Shown here: positions 11,891 to 25,959 of the stretch, one piece after another | Position numbering within the stretch: position 1 is the stretch's first letter | How the letters are laid out: every line of letters starts with the position of its first letter | Assembly: GCA_951406725.2 (NCBI GenBank) | Contig: OX597823.1 | Span: 78,616,001 to 78,680,000, forward strand | Length of the DNA stretch: 64,000 nucleotides | Direction: 5' to 3' | Source: Octopus vulgaris | Lineage: Eukaryota | Position numbers and translations under genes: made by a program | Notes under the pieces: generated by a model | Databases searched by the model: none | What the model was told of the DNA's origin: nothing | What the model saw: the letters and a program-made list of their open reading frames with translations, nothing else

Positions 11891-12214
11891 TGTGTGTTTT
11901 AATTTATTTACGTATTTTCTTATTGAATAACATAATAGACAAATTATATGAAAAATATGAATTATCCACGTGATATTGTCATTGTTTTTATAATTTATTC
12001 TAGAACAATCAAGGGAAATAGAATATTTTGCCAGCAATATCAACCCACAATATTTAGATCTGTAACTAATTTGCTAAGTGCCAGTGCACCAGACTCTTGA
12101 CTCTTGAGTCATAATGTTGCTTTTGCTAAATATCTATAGAAATATACATATATATATATATTTTGAGTTCTGTTTTACCTCTTTGCAGTCCACACACTCG
12201 TACATGCATATATA

Positions 12215-12412
12215 TTCTTTTATTCCTTTATTTGTTTCAGTCATTTGGCTGCGGCCATGCTGGAGCACTGCCTTTACTCGAAACAATTGCCCCTAGAACT
12301 TATTCTTTGTAAGCCTAGTACTTATTCTATCGGTCTCTTTTGCCAAACTGTTAAACTCACCAGCATTGGTTGTCAAGTGACGGTGGTGGGGGACAAACAG
12401 AGACACACACAA
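12215..12412 (-). mobile_element. SINE family A 3' half, followed by a long (TA)n tract
   Basis: Reverse complement of the family A tail. Confidence 0.8.
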
Positions 12413-12431
12413 GTAGTATATATAGATATAC

Positions 12432-12464
<33 letters not shown>

Positions 12465-12499
12465 CATAAATATATAGATATATGTATATATATATATAC

Positions 12500-12548
<49 letters not shown>

Positions 12549-12568
12549 CATATATGTATATACATATA

Positions 12569-12612
<44 letters not shown>

Positions 12613-12615
12613 TAG

Positions 12616-12655
<40 letters not shown>

Positions 12656-12691
12656 CATACATAGATGTATGTGTGTGTTATAGTAGATGTG

Positions 12692-12853
12692 TTGAATTCT
12701 TATTCACTTCAGATGCTTGACACCTCTTATGTGCAATGTCGTTTCCATGAAAGTGAGACCTGGAGGCAGTGTCAAAGAAAGACTTCAAGGAATAAACAGT
12801 CATTACCACCACAACTAGCAGAACAATCGATTCTAATGACCAAATATTTTAAA
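12692..12853 (+). other. Duplicated segment copy 2 (possible terminal exon)
   Basis: Paralog of 10544-10705; TTCACTTCAG/ATGCTTGA, followed by AT-rich UTR-like sequence. Confidence 0.45.
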
Positions 12854-14019
12854 ATGAAAATGAATGTTAATAATAATAATAATAATAATGACTACAGTAA
12901 TTAATAGAATTATGGTTGTGTGTATGTGCATATTTATTCATGTGTGTGTGTTGTATTTAAATCATAATTCCTTTTTGTGTTTTTTAATTTCTGAATTGAT
13001 TTTGAGAAATATTTACACATATCTTATGCATTTCTTTTTTGACATTTTGTCCAATAATTAAAACGCAGATTTGATAAAGTGATGTGCAGACATTGATTAA
13101 TTTCTGGGAGAATTATCTTTGCCTTTCTTTTTCTCTTTCAGTCTTTCTTTCTTTCTCTCTGTTTCATTTTTATTATTTTTTTTTTTTTTTTTTCCCAAAG
13201 ACTAACTTTATTTTTGTTGAGTGTTAATGAAAAATTGATTACAAGTTTATTGAATGTTGATTGAAGAACATTGTTGAACAATAACACATGTAGAATCACA
13301 ACAACCCCCCCAAAAAATTAAAAAAATTAAACACATTAAAATACATAGAATAAAAGATGGTGTTTAGATTATAAAATTATATCGGAAATAATTGTTATGA
13401 TGGCAAGTAATTTTTAATAATATGATATTTAGACTATCAAGTGTAAAGAAAGATTAGAACGATTAGAGATAAATACTAATGATGTACATCTCTTATGTGT
13501 CCTTGTGCCAAAGTTAGGAATCTGTAATCTATCTCTCATTGCATATGTAAAGGTAGACTCTGAGAAAACCAAAGACTACCTGCAAGATTTGATTCCCGAT
13601 CATATCTTTTCACTTGAGTGCTATAATAGCTTTGTGGCTCTTGATAAAGTCGTAAATATCATATAATTGAATCCCTTTTACCTACTTCATAAACCTTAAA
13701 TCTTAGAGCTGTGGAAAGTAAAATACCATATTATCTCACTTTTGCTAAGTTTTAAGTTAATTTTCTCTTGCTTCTTCCAATCTAAAATATCTTAGAATTA
13801 TTGAAGTGTATTCATACTAATGAATATTTATAGGCTTTCAGAATTTCTCACTGTTCATGCCATTAGCCATCCTATTCTTAAAATCCCTTGATTCAAGATG
13901 GGATCACAGCGTCATGGAAAAGTACTTGCTAAAAACATCAAAATAAACTAATGATGAGGCTTTTACTTGGTTGCTACACCTGTCAGAAATTACAGCAAAA
14001 TCTAGCTCAAATTTTAACC

Positions 14020-14223
14020 TACTATTCGCCATATCTGGCCGAAATCTTCTATCTGCTTTATGTTCAAATCTAGTCTTTCTCACCTACCCTACAATGGCAT
14101 TCTAAAAACAGAAAATTACATCATTGAAATCTCAAAGTTACATGATAATGCATGATTAATTTAAAACAATGTGAATAAATAACCCTCTCATTTGACAAAG
14201 TAATCTGAATGCTAAAAGATTAA
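14020..14223. mobile_element. TTAA-ended MITE-like repeat (second family)
   Basis: Similar to 47691-47855 (CATCATTGAAATC.CAAAG.TA..GATAATGCATGA...CATTTGACA...CTAAA.G.TTAA). Confidence 0.5.
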
Positions 14224-14771
14224 AAATGCTGAAGGCATTGCAATTCATTGATCTAAAATCGAATTGCAGCATAGTAGAAAAATATTTGCTCAAATCAATA
14301 AAGTAAACTAATGAAGGGGTCTTGTAGTTGTTAAAAATAACCACAAATTATACCTCAAATCATACCCTACCATTTTCAAAAAAGGCAGAGGGCACTGGAA
14401 TTTCTTGATGAAAGGTAACTTCTAGAAAAATATTTTGCTAAAAACAACGACATTAATTAAAGGAGCCTTGACTTAGTTGCTATACCTGTTAGAAATAACA
14501 GCCAAATATAACTCAACTCCCTATCATTTTAAAAAATGCAGAAGACATTAGCTAATGAAGTGATTGATACAAAATTTCTGAAATAAAGCTGAGATATATA
14601 AGACTAGATGGCCATTAACAACAATTCTGCTTGGTTTTAGCTAATCTGAGGAAGAAACAATTTCGGTAAATTACAAACAATAAAAAGGTAAAGTATCTTT
14701 TAACTTTCATTGGTTTCTGTATAGGGACACAGCCTTGAAGTGTTTTAGTTGAACAAATTAATCCCCAGCAC

Positions 14772-14860
14772 TTATTATTATTCTTCTTCTTCTTCTTCTT
14801 CTTCTTCTTCTTCTTCTTCTTCTTCTTCTTCTTCTTCTTCTTCTTCTTCTTCTTCTTCTT

Positions 14861-14926
<66 letters not shown>

Positions 14927-14940
14927 ATTATTATTATTAT
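14772..14940 (+). repeat. (TTC)n then (TAT)n microsatellite
   Basis: Direct reading. Confidence 0.97.
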
Positions 14941-14944
14941 GAGG

Positions 14945-15915
14945 CAATACAAAGAGAACGATGCGTTTGTAATAGATATTTTATTGATTGAACGATATTT
15001 CGACAGCTAGCCTGTCTTTATTGAGTTCAAAATTAAAAGTGATGCATAAAAATTCAGAATTATAAAAATTCAAATCCAAAATATGAACGAGGGTAACCAT
15101 CGTCCCCACGTTGATGGAATGACATCATCAGTCTTCAGTTTTCAAGTTTACAACTGGCAAAAAGAAAAAAGGAAGGAAAAAGAAAAGAAAGGAAGAAAAA
15201 AAAGAGAAAGAAGAATGTTTAATCAAACAGATTTGTGTAAATATGATGAAATTCATTTGTCATTTATTCATTCCTCCAGGGCATGATGTTAATAACTTGC
15301 CAAAATATTCTTCCTCGTGCATTTTGAGTATTGAAAGTGTAGCAGATTCAGGATATTTTCTGAGAATATGCACTTTTAAGTCTTTTTCAAAATTGCAGCC
15401 ATTTGAGCCAAATTGTTAGGCAAGTTCTGTCAAACTACTGTTATTGTGCCTGACGTCATATCTCTACCCATTGAATATTTTGTGTAATTGTTCTGTAGTA
15501 CAACAAACATAAATCAAGTATGTTTAATGCATTCTGCTGCGTACACCAGATGGGAATCTCTACACGTCCCACCTTCCGTGTAAATCATAACATTTCTGTT
15601 ATGATTGTTTATGGAATTCACTTGACTCATGTTGTTGCAAAATGAACAGGGCTTACCTCTCTTGCAGTTGTTTTTCAAGGTACAGTGTGCAGAAATTCCA
15701 ATGTTAGTTTTCCTGGAGTCAGATATAGAGGTCAATAATTCTCTTATATTCTTATTCTGTCTAAAGGCTACAATAGGCGGCTGAGAAAATCTCTGCTTGA
15801 AACGAGGATATTTTCCCGCAACATGCTGGTAACTTTCATGCAACACTTTTGAAATGCCAGCGAAATTTCAGTGCCAGTTAATCACTACAAGAATTCTGTC
15901 ACATGTTGCACTTTG
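14945..15915 (-). mobile_element. Penelope-like element 3' part: decayed GIY-YIG endonuclease plus terminal repeat
   Basis: PPIVAFRQNKNIRELL, Cys cluster, TCRDSHLVYAAECIKH, then TELA and CPGGMN motifs across frameshifts; degenerate hammerhead fold at 14988-15030 downstream. Confidence 0.8.
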
Positions 15916-16067
15916 CTAAAATTATGCGTGAAAGTCTGACTTTCTTTGCTAATCATTTGCTATGTCATTTGCTATTTCCTTTATCATGATTCACTGTAAC
16001 TACTATTGACATAATGGTGTACAAAAGCACTTGTACGTTTCCAGTAATCCCCTATGTCAGTACAAAT

Positions 16068-16285
16068 ATGATGCTCCTCCACTACTTCTGCTCATGATCA
16101 GAGATGCACATATTGCCAGCCATTAAGGGACTTGCTCAACTGGTTAAGGTCAAACAACTGACAAGCAAATCTGTAGTACTGAGCAGAATATTTGCTGTAG
16201 CCCATCTTTTATACCAAGACAAAAGAATGTACATGATAACACTTCCAATCAGTTAAGATCAGAAGCCACGAGAGCCAATGCCTGG
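16068..16285 (-). mobile_element. Interspersed repeat family F (TAA-associated)
   Basis: Reverse complement of 33040-33270; another copy near 22283-22445. Confidence 0.75.
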
Positions 16286-16308
16286 TCCTGCATCAGAGCA
16301 TTTATTAC

Positions 16309-16350
<42 letters not shown>

Positions 16351-16384
16351 CATTATTATTATTATTATTGTTATTATTGTTCTT

Positions 16385-16547
16385 TTATAATACAGTGTAG
16401 GTAAAAATGCACTGGAGTCTTTAGTCATCTGTCAAGTCACAAGGACCTCAGACAGATAATATTTTCCTTAAGATGCGTGTTGTGCCTAATAAGGCTGTAT
16501 TTTGCAAGACATCAATCTTGCATGGGATTTCCAGTTGCCTTAAGAAA

Positions 16548-16548
<1 letters not shown>
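16385..16548 (-). mobile_element. R4/Dong-like (RLE) LINE 3' end embedded in (TAA)n
   Basis: FLRQLEIPCKIDVLQNTALLGTTRILRKILSV*; (TAT)n on both sides. Confidence 0.7.
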
Positions 16549-16589
<41 letters not shown>

Positions 16590-16894
16590 CATCATCATCA
16601 TCATCCTTATTATTCTTACTATTATTATTATCATCATCATCATCATCCTTATTATTCTTACTATTATTATTTTTGTTATTTTTGTTATTATTATTACTAT
16701 TATTATTAAGGCACTGAACTCACAGAACCATTAAGCAGTTGGACTGACTGCTGAGCAGCATTGAGTCTGAGTTCAAATTCCAGTTAAATCAACTTTGCCT
16801 TTTATCCTTTCAGTGTTGATAAACTAAAGTTCTGGGGTTGCTATAAACGACAAGCCTCCTTCTCTTGTGTCTATGTCTATAAAAGAAAGAATTA

Positions 16895-17245
16895 TTACTG
16901 TTTGCATATTCTTTTGTAAGTCTAGTATTTATTCTATTGACTTCTTTTGCTGAACTGCTAAGTTAGAGGGATATAAACAAACCAACACTGATTCTCAAGC
17001 AATATAGTAGAGACAAGCACAAACACAATGAGATACACACACACACATGCATGCACACACACACACAAACATGCTCATATATGACAAGTTTCGGCACAGT
17101 TTCCATCTACAAGATTCACACATAACGCATTGATCAACTCTGAGCTATAGTAGAAGACACTTGACCAAGGTGCCATACTGGGGGACTGAACCCAAAACTA
17201 CATCACTGCAATGTTGCAATGAAGGCTTCTTAACCACACAGCAAC
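16895..17245 (-). mobile_element. Diverged SINE family A copy
   Basis: Tail, internal (CA)n and head recognisable. Confidence 0.7.
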
Positions 17246-17828
17246 GCTTGTTAATGTTTGAAGACGAAAGAATCTAATTGAAGATGATCCCTTCGTTAAA
17301 GAAAGAGGAGTAACAAATTATCTTAACTGTACAATTAACATGCTGTTCAATACTTCAGAGGTTAGAGTTCATTTATTGATTTCTTAATTGGCACAAGGCT
17401 CTGAATGTGTAGTGAAGGAATAAAGATGATTGAAGTGACCTTCATAAATAATCTAATATATAATGCAGTTGGCGAACAATAGCATCTTTGACTAACAGGT
17501 CTTCAATGAGCCAATCACCGGTTCATTGCATTTCTGAAGGGGAGAATGACAAGGGTTTATATGTGCAACTTGGAGCATAGCAAATACCGAACAGAACATT
17601 TTTATTTGAAAGTACCTGGTTTGCACACTTCTTGCCAAAAGATACACGCTCACATACATGCTAACACATGCATAGCCATATATATGCATATATATATATA
17701 AATATATGTATGTATAATTACTACAAAGCATACACACACACACATACACATCGGCAACAATCGTCAATTTCTTGAAAATGGGGTCATAACCCTGAAATAT
17801 TGAATACAAGGTATACATTAATTCACAT

Positions 17829-17869
<41 letters not shown>

Positions 17870-18036
17870 TAGATAGATATACATATATATATATGTATAT
17901 ACAGGTGTTTTGCAAACAAAGCATGTATATATACATATATAAATTATATAAATATAACATAATATAAATGTATATATATATATTAGTATATGTATGTATA
18001 AATAAATATATATGTATATATATGTATGTATGTATG

Positions 18037-18579
<543 letters not shown>

Positions 18580-18716
18580 CAAAGATAAATAGAGAGGACT
18601 GAATGTACCAACAAAAAAATTTATATCACAACAATTGTTTCATCATGTGGTGTGATGGAGCGTGTTTTATGGGGGCATCTGTGAGCATTATGTGAGGGTG
18701 TGAATGTGGCTGTATC

Positions 18717-18755
<39 letters not shown>

Positions 18756-19640
18756 GTGCGTGCATGCACATGCTCTATGGAGGGAGGCAGTGTTGATGTG
18801 ATCTCTGTATGTGTCCGGCTGAGTGAATTTTTGTGCCATGAGGGATGTATTCGCCCACACCGGTTAATTAGCATATGTGATGCCAATTCATCTGAGCATG
18901 GAGATGCAGAAATATCCTTTGATGGTGTCAGGGGTCACAGTACAATCACTGGGTGTCACAGCATCCTTCTAGGAGAAGGACACACAGTTGTAAAACCTGT
19001 GATTTTATGTAATTACAGGTCATCTCACTTCAGTGTATCTCTAGTTACCAATCCCAGAAACTCAGAGTGACACTCATACTGTAGAAGCATTTATCACTGT
19101 AATCCAATGACATTCAGCTGTATCTCTATGGTTACCTCATTTGTTATTCCATCTACTGAAAGTGCTATGGTTATGGAAGAGTGGTTACACATGCAGACCT
19201 AGCCGGTTGGATGTAAACATTAAGTTACAACTCTCGTCTATCACCTATGCTTCAAACTATGTAGATCTACAACTAGACTAAATAGTCATCTGGGATGTCA
19301 TGAATGGAAAGTCAGAAATGCAGTAGACAATGAGGAAGCAGGAGACAGCAATCACCAAATATGTATATTTATAAATTCTGCGATGAATTGAGAAGCGAAT
19401 TCAAAGATATGTAGTTATAGAAGATATGAAGTTGAGAAGGCACAGAAAATATTAGAGTTATACAAAATTTAATTATATTTTTAAATATAGGAATACACTG
19501 GACCAGTTTCACATTAGATTTTCAAAAGCGTATAGTGTACATAGTGTGTCACACACTATGTCTGTTCTTGATATTGTTCTAAAAATTGTTTGAAAGATAA
19601 ATAGAAAGATAGATAGCTAGAGAGACAGTCAGATATATAT

Positions 19641-20175
19641 ATCATCATCATCATCATCATCATCGTCGTCGTTTAACGTCCTCTTTCTATGCTAGCATGG
19701 GTTGGATGATTTGACTGAGGTCTGGCGAACCAGACTCCAGTCTGATCTGGCAGAGTTTCTACAGCTGGATGCTCTTCCTAACACCAACCACTCCGAGAGT
19801 GTAGTGGGTGCTTTTACGTGCCACCAGCACAAGGGCCAGTTTGGTGGTACTGGCAATGACCATGCTTAAATGGTGCTTTTTATGTGCCACCTGCACAGGA
19901 GCCAGTCCAGCAGCACTGGCAACAGCCTCGCTCGAATGTTTTTTAACATGCCCCCAGCACAAGTGCTAGTAAGGCGACGCAGGTAACAATCACGCTCGAA
20001 TGGTGTTTTTAACATGCCATCGGCACAAAGGCCAGTTTGTTGCACTGGCAATGATCTCAGTCATATGGTACTCTTAGCGCTCCACTAGCAACGGATGCCA
20101 GTCACCCAGTTTGATTTCGATTTCGATTTCACTTGCCTCAACAGGTCTTTGTAATCGAGTTTGATTTCGATTTCG
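19641..20175 (-). mobile_element. RTE LINE 3' UTR copy with multiple internal repeat units
   Basis: (CAT)n tail plus GTTTAACGTCC...GGATGCTCTTCCTAACACCAACCAC and repeated TTTTACGTGCCACC units. Confidence 0.8.
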
Positions 20176-21228
20176 ATATATACAAAAGTGAACACACATA
20201 CACAAGATGTGTGTGTTGTTAGTCTGTGGTTCGGCTGCATTTTAGGTATAAGAGAATTCTTTCTCAATGCCCCTGGTCTAAGTTATAGGCAAGCAAGACA
20301 TCTCACATCAGGTTCATTCTTGGAGCAACAAACATCGATGTTTTGGCATAGTTATGACTTTTCAATGCTGTCTACCAAGCAAAGCCAGCTGCAAGCTATA
20401 TTGCCAACTATGACTATATGCTAAATGGTTTAGGAACCATCTGCTGGCATGTCCCAAAGTTTCATGCCATGGTTCTGCTCCTCACCAGCTTCATGTAAGT
20501 CCACACACGCACACATCTTTTCTCCTCTTGTCACCCATTCTGTCTCCCCCACTTCTTAAGCTTCATACTTACCACTATTCCATAAATGCCTTCTCAGAGA
20601 CAACAACCCCTAGAATTACCTTCCTGTCCTTACTTTATATCTAATTACATCAACAAAAAGCCATCCAATCTAAGCAACACCTGGTTTAATTGTACCATTC
20701 TTAAAGGGACTCTGAAATTCATCAGCATAATACTTTTTACCTGGCAAAGAAAGACAAAAGAGAAAAATAAGAGAAGACCTTTAATTATATCTGGAAAGAA
20801 AAACATGATAGTCTTATTTAGAATTGTCTTTGGTTATGATGCTGCTCCGTCAGGGTTCACCTGAGGCCAAAAGTTAACAACAGAAACAGATGTCTGTTGA
20901 AAAAGGTTACATTGAAGTTTTGTTATAGTCATGTCTTTTCAGGTGGCAAGCTGGCTGAATTGGGACTGCAGCAGCTCTTTTCAAATCCTGCTGAGTTCAA
21001 CATTGTCTTTCATCCTTTTGAAGTTGAGAAAACAAAGTAATAGTCATATACTGGGGTTGACCAAATCAACTTTCATCGTTCAAGATAGCTGTCCTAGAAC
21101 CCTGCAATGAGTTGGCCTTCTGTTCAGGGGAAATGCCTTCATCTTGGTCCCTTATGCTCCATGGAAACTGGTTAGTTGGCCTTATGAGTATTAGGGCTCA
21201 GGATAAAAAGACAAATATACTTAATATA

Positions 21229-21275
<47 letters not shown>

Positions 21276-21345
21276 GGTCCCGGGTTGAGTCGGGGTTAAC
21301 CACAGTAAATAAGGTACTCAATACATAGCAGAGTAAATTAATTTA

Positions 21346-21593
21346 TTTTATAGAAGGAGCTCCTACAGGACTAGAACTGTTTCATTCAAAAGAAATCATC
21401 AGGAAGCTAGGTGACAAGAATAGTTTTGGCATTTATACACTTAGGCAGGTTTAAAGGGGTGGTGGTGGGGGACTTTTTGGGGTAGGCATGGCGCAAACTA
21501 TCATTCTTAGGGGAGTGGTCAAAGGAACCTAGCTTCCTGATGATTTCTTTTGAATGAAACAGTTCTAGTCCTGTAGGAGCTCCTTCTATAAAA
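21346..21593. repeat. Perfect 67-bp inverted repeat (PLE-type) with a hammerhead in each arm
   Basis: 21346-21412 is the exact reverse complement of 21527-21593; 114-bp spacer. Confidence 0.9.
21531..21581 (+). ncRNA. Putative type-I hammerhead ribozyme motif
   Basis: agcttc-CTGATGA-tttc/tttt/gaat-GAAA-cag-ttctagtc-ctg-TA-ggagct: stem I 6 bp, intact core, stem III, GUA cleavage triplet; stem II is weak. Confidence 0.65.
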
Positions 21594-23706
21594 AAAAAAA
21601 AAATATATATATATATATATATAAAATATGAATTAGAGATAAAACCACTATTATGCAACTCAAACAGTGATAGACATAAACTAATACATAAATAACAAAT
21701 AATATATACATAATTTTTTTTATATATATATAAAACTTATAACTAAATCTCAAAAAGTATAAAACGGATGATAAATGTATAATAGAATAAGTAAAAACAC
21801 TATGTACATTTCATGGCTACAATTAAATTCGAATTACAATTAAGTTTAAATTCCATTGAAATAAATTCGAATTAAAATTATAGTCAATCTTCAGGTTAAT
21901 GATAATAGTTAAATAAATAATCAAATAGAGTTAAATGATATTTATTTAAGAAATAAATAAAATAATAATTTTTCTTATAGAAAAAATTCCAGTAACTTAA
22001 TTAGAAACTTAAAACATTAGGATTATTTCCTACAACACATTTATTATGTTAATATTTATTTTTAAGGTATATATAACACTGTATAACAAAACTTTTGTTC
22101 TTTTTGGTCTTTGGTCAGTAAGTGTTATTTCCAATTTGCTCCTATCTAGAAATCAAAGGAAATAACTATTATTCCCTTCAAACTTTGCTTTTGTGACCTG
22201 GACATCAATGTTTTGAAACTGACCTATTTTCCATTAAATCTCAGACAGATTCAGTGCTGAGTTGCTGAATCAGAAATATCATTATAGCAAATATTCTGCT
22301 CAATACCACAGATTTGTTTGTCTGTTGCTTGACCGTTGTCACTTGTGCATATCCCTTAGTGACTCATAAAATGTGCATTTCTGATCAAAACAGTAATTGG
22401 GGAGAATCATAGCCATGTGTCGAGATGGATTCTTTGAGGTTTGAATAAATGTCACTAAAGCAAAATTTGAAAGAAATATTAGCCATTTTTCATTCTTTCT
22501 AGGGATTAACAAATAGGAAATAACAATTGCTACCCCTAGCACAAAAATTCTGTAGCACAGTGTAACACATGGTGTCCCAGAATTAACTCTCTATTCCAGT
22601 GAAATTGGACACTATTTTTTAAAAAGTCACTTTTATTTATATTTATCATGTTTAATATTTGTTAAAAGTGTATAAATTTTTTATTTTCTTCATAATTTTA
22701 TAATTTTTATATTTTTCTTATTATTCTATTTTTATTTCTGTTGGCTCTCATAAATACTGTCAATGACAACATTTTTACAATTTGGCTGCAATCATTTTCT
22801 CCACATCTGTCCTCAGCATGGAACAATTGTTTAACTGAGCTTAAAGAACACATTCAGTTAGCAGTGCAGGAGATAACTATTGAAATTCTTCGAAATGTGT
22901 TTCACAATTTTAAGGATAGATTTGAAATCTGTGGAGTGGTCGGTGTTAGGAAGGGCTGTAAAATCCCTGCCAAAACAGACGCAGTAGCCAGGGGCAGATT
23001 TTTCTACCTGGCCAGCTTCTGTCAACCATCCTACCCATGCTTGCATGGAAGATGGAGGTTAAATGATGATGATGATAAGCCAGTCAACTGGCAGAATCTA
23101 TAGCATACTGGACAAAATGCCTCAGTAGCATCTCAACTGTCTTTACAATAGGGTTTCAAATTCTACCAAGGTCGGCTTTGCTTTCATCTTTTAGAGATTG
23201 ATAAAGTAAGTACCAGTTGAACACTGGAGGCCATATAATTGATTTACTCTCTCCTTTAAATTTGCTGGCCTTGTGCCAAAAAATTCGAAACCAATATATG
23301 ATATAGATTATAATAGCGATACAAAGCTTTATATTATAATATATAAAATAAATTATACCGCGATACAAAGCCTTATATATAGTAGTTGGCAATCTAATAC
23401 TTTGTTAATCTTTCTCTCCCTTTCTATCTTTCCTGTATTATTCATTATTCTACTTCTACCACAGCCATTGGTGATTCCAAAGATGTTTCTTTTAATATGA
23501 ACATTACATTTACATTCCTGAATCCAAAGAGCCTCAATACTACCGAAATGTTCTTCAGATAACTGCTTACATCAGTGTAGTGTAAATGTGCATACATAGT
23601 AACATTAAAAATAAAAGCTTTTTAAATTGATATAGATAACACCAGACAAAACTCTTCAAATGTGCCTTTGACTAATACGAACACACACTTACATAGACAC
23701 ACGTGT

Positions 23707-23755
<49 letters not shown>

Positions 23756-24454
23756 GATACATATACAAACACACACACATACATGCATATATGGTGCATG
23801 CATGTGTGTGTATGGTTTTGCATATGGGTATGTGTATATATATATATATATGTATATATTTATATGTATATATGTATATATGTATATATATATATGTGTA
23901 TATGTATATATGTATATATATATGTGTGTGTATATGTATATATGTATATATATATATGTATATATATATATGTGTGTATATATGTATATGTGTGTGTGTG
24001 TGTGTGTTTGAGCATGTATGCATGTGTATATGTGTGCAAGTGTGTGTGTGTGTGTGCATGTGTGTGTATATGTGTACATGTTTGTATGTATGTAAGTGCA
24101 TATATGTGCACATGTGGGTATATTTGTTCAGATTAATGTGTGCTGGTGTATGTACATGTCTGTGCATTTGTGTGCAAGAATAATACATGTGTGCATGTGT
24201 GTGAGTGTGTGTGTGTGTGTGTGTGTGTATGTATTTTTTTTTTAATTGAATGGCATAGGGTGAGGAATTTCTAAAAGAGAGCCATCAATAAAATTCAGAT
24301 GGCATGTAAAAACTGTGACCGAAAGCTTTATTTCCAATGACCTGTGTGAACATCTGATAGCATATTTGAAATCACTCAGCTGGATAATAGACACTGAGAA
24401 GTAATTGATTATTCATTGATAACCATTCTCTCCACAGAAGAATCCTCTCTTAAC

Positions 24455-24600
24455 GTTTCATCACTGCCGCCATCATCACCATCACCATCACCACCACCAC
24501 CACCGCCGCCGCTGCCACCATTGCTACCATTGACTACCAATTCAAACATCACCACTTAACTAAAAGCACCGTTGCAGATACTAATGTTACTACCATTGCA

Positions 24601-24635
<35 letters not shown>

Positions 24636-25510
24636 CAACACTACCACCAGCATCACCACCATCGCTGCCACCACCACTACCATCATCGGCACCATCTTGG
24701 TGGTGGTGTTGTGTCAGCAGAATTGTCAGAGTTACAGACAAAATGAATATGGTTTTTAGTTACAGGTCTTTATGTTTTCTGAGTTCAAATTATGCTGAGG
24801 TCAAATTTGCCTTTCATACTTCTCGGGGTCGACATAATAAAGTACCAGTCAAGTACTGAGTTTGATTTTATATTCCTATTTAATGCATCTTAGATGTGAA
24901 TGGAATTAAAATAAAGTGGAATAATGCCACCGCCGCCTTCACCAACTTCACCACAACCATCACCCCCGACACCACCATTACCACTACTGCTGCTATTGCT
25001 GCTACCACCGCTGCTACCCCCCCACTATCACCGCCGCCACCCCCATCGCCACCACCACTCACTACCAAATCAACCGTCACCACTTACCAAAAATAACAGC
25101 ACTATTGCAGCTACTAATGTCACTACCAATGCAATTACTATCAACAACACATTACTATCTCCACCATCAGTACCACCACCACCACCACTACCACTCACTA
25201 CCACCGTTACTACCGTTTCCAACATCAATACCATTAACTACTACCACCGCTGCCATCAGCCTCCACCACCTCTACCTTCAACATTTTCATCACCATTGCT
25301 TTCACTATCATCACTACCACAACCACCACCATCACCACCACCACCACCACCACCACCACCACCAACACTACCACCGTTACTACCGTTTCCAACATCAATA
25401 CCATTAACTACTACCACCGCTGCCATCAGCCACCACTACCTCTACCATCACCATTGCTTTCACTATCATCACCACCACCACCACCACCATCACCACAACC
25501 ATCATACCAT
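24455..25510 (+). repeat. (ACC/CAT)-rich low-complexity region with a local duplication
   Basis: Direct reading; 25197-25330 is repeated at 25367-25480. Confidence 0.85.
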
Positions 25511-25959
25511 CACTAATGTTATTGTCATTTGTGATAAGACTTAGTGGTTTAGTTTATAATCTGTTTGAGTGAGTAACAAGAGCAACTTTTACACATTCAA
25601 ATATTTTCTTGGAGACTTTCATAATTATTCTTCTGAATACTTTTAAATACTTTCCTAAACTTTAATTCTTTGTTATATGGACATAAAACCACAGGAGACA
25701 AGAATGGTTTCAAATTTTAGTACTGGGCCAGTAATTTTAAGAGTAGGGTAAAGTCGTTTGCACCAAACTCCAGTCAGGGCCAGATTAAGACCCATTGAGG
25801 CCTTAAGCTCTTAAAAGATTTTGGTGCCATCATATATATGTAATTCTAAATATAAACAATAATAAACCATAACATGGTGTTTTTTATCTGCTTTGTTTTT
25901 CAAAATGAAACAAAGCTAACAGTAAGATAGGAAAAGATGTTTATTTTATCTTTTTATGC

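Noticed and set aside
18800-19350. Possible decayed Tc1-like transposase on the minus strand
   Set aside because: Only faint motif traces and no TIRs found
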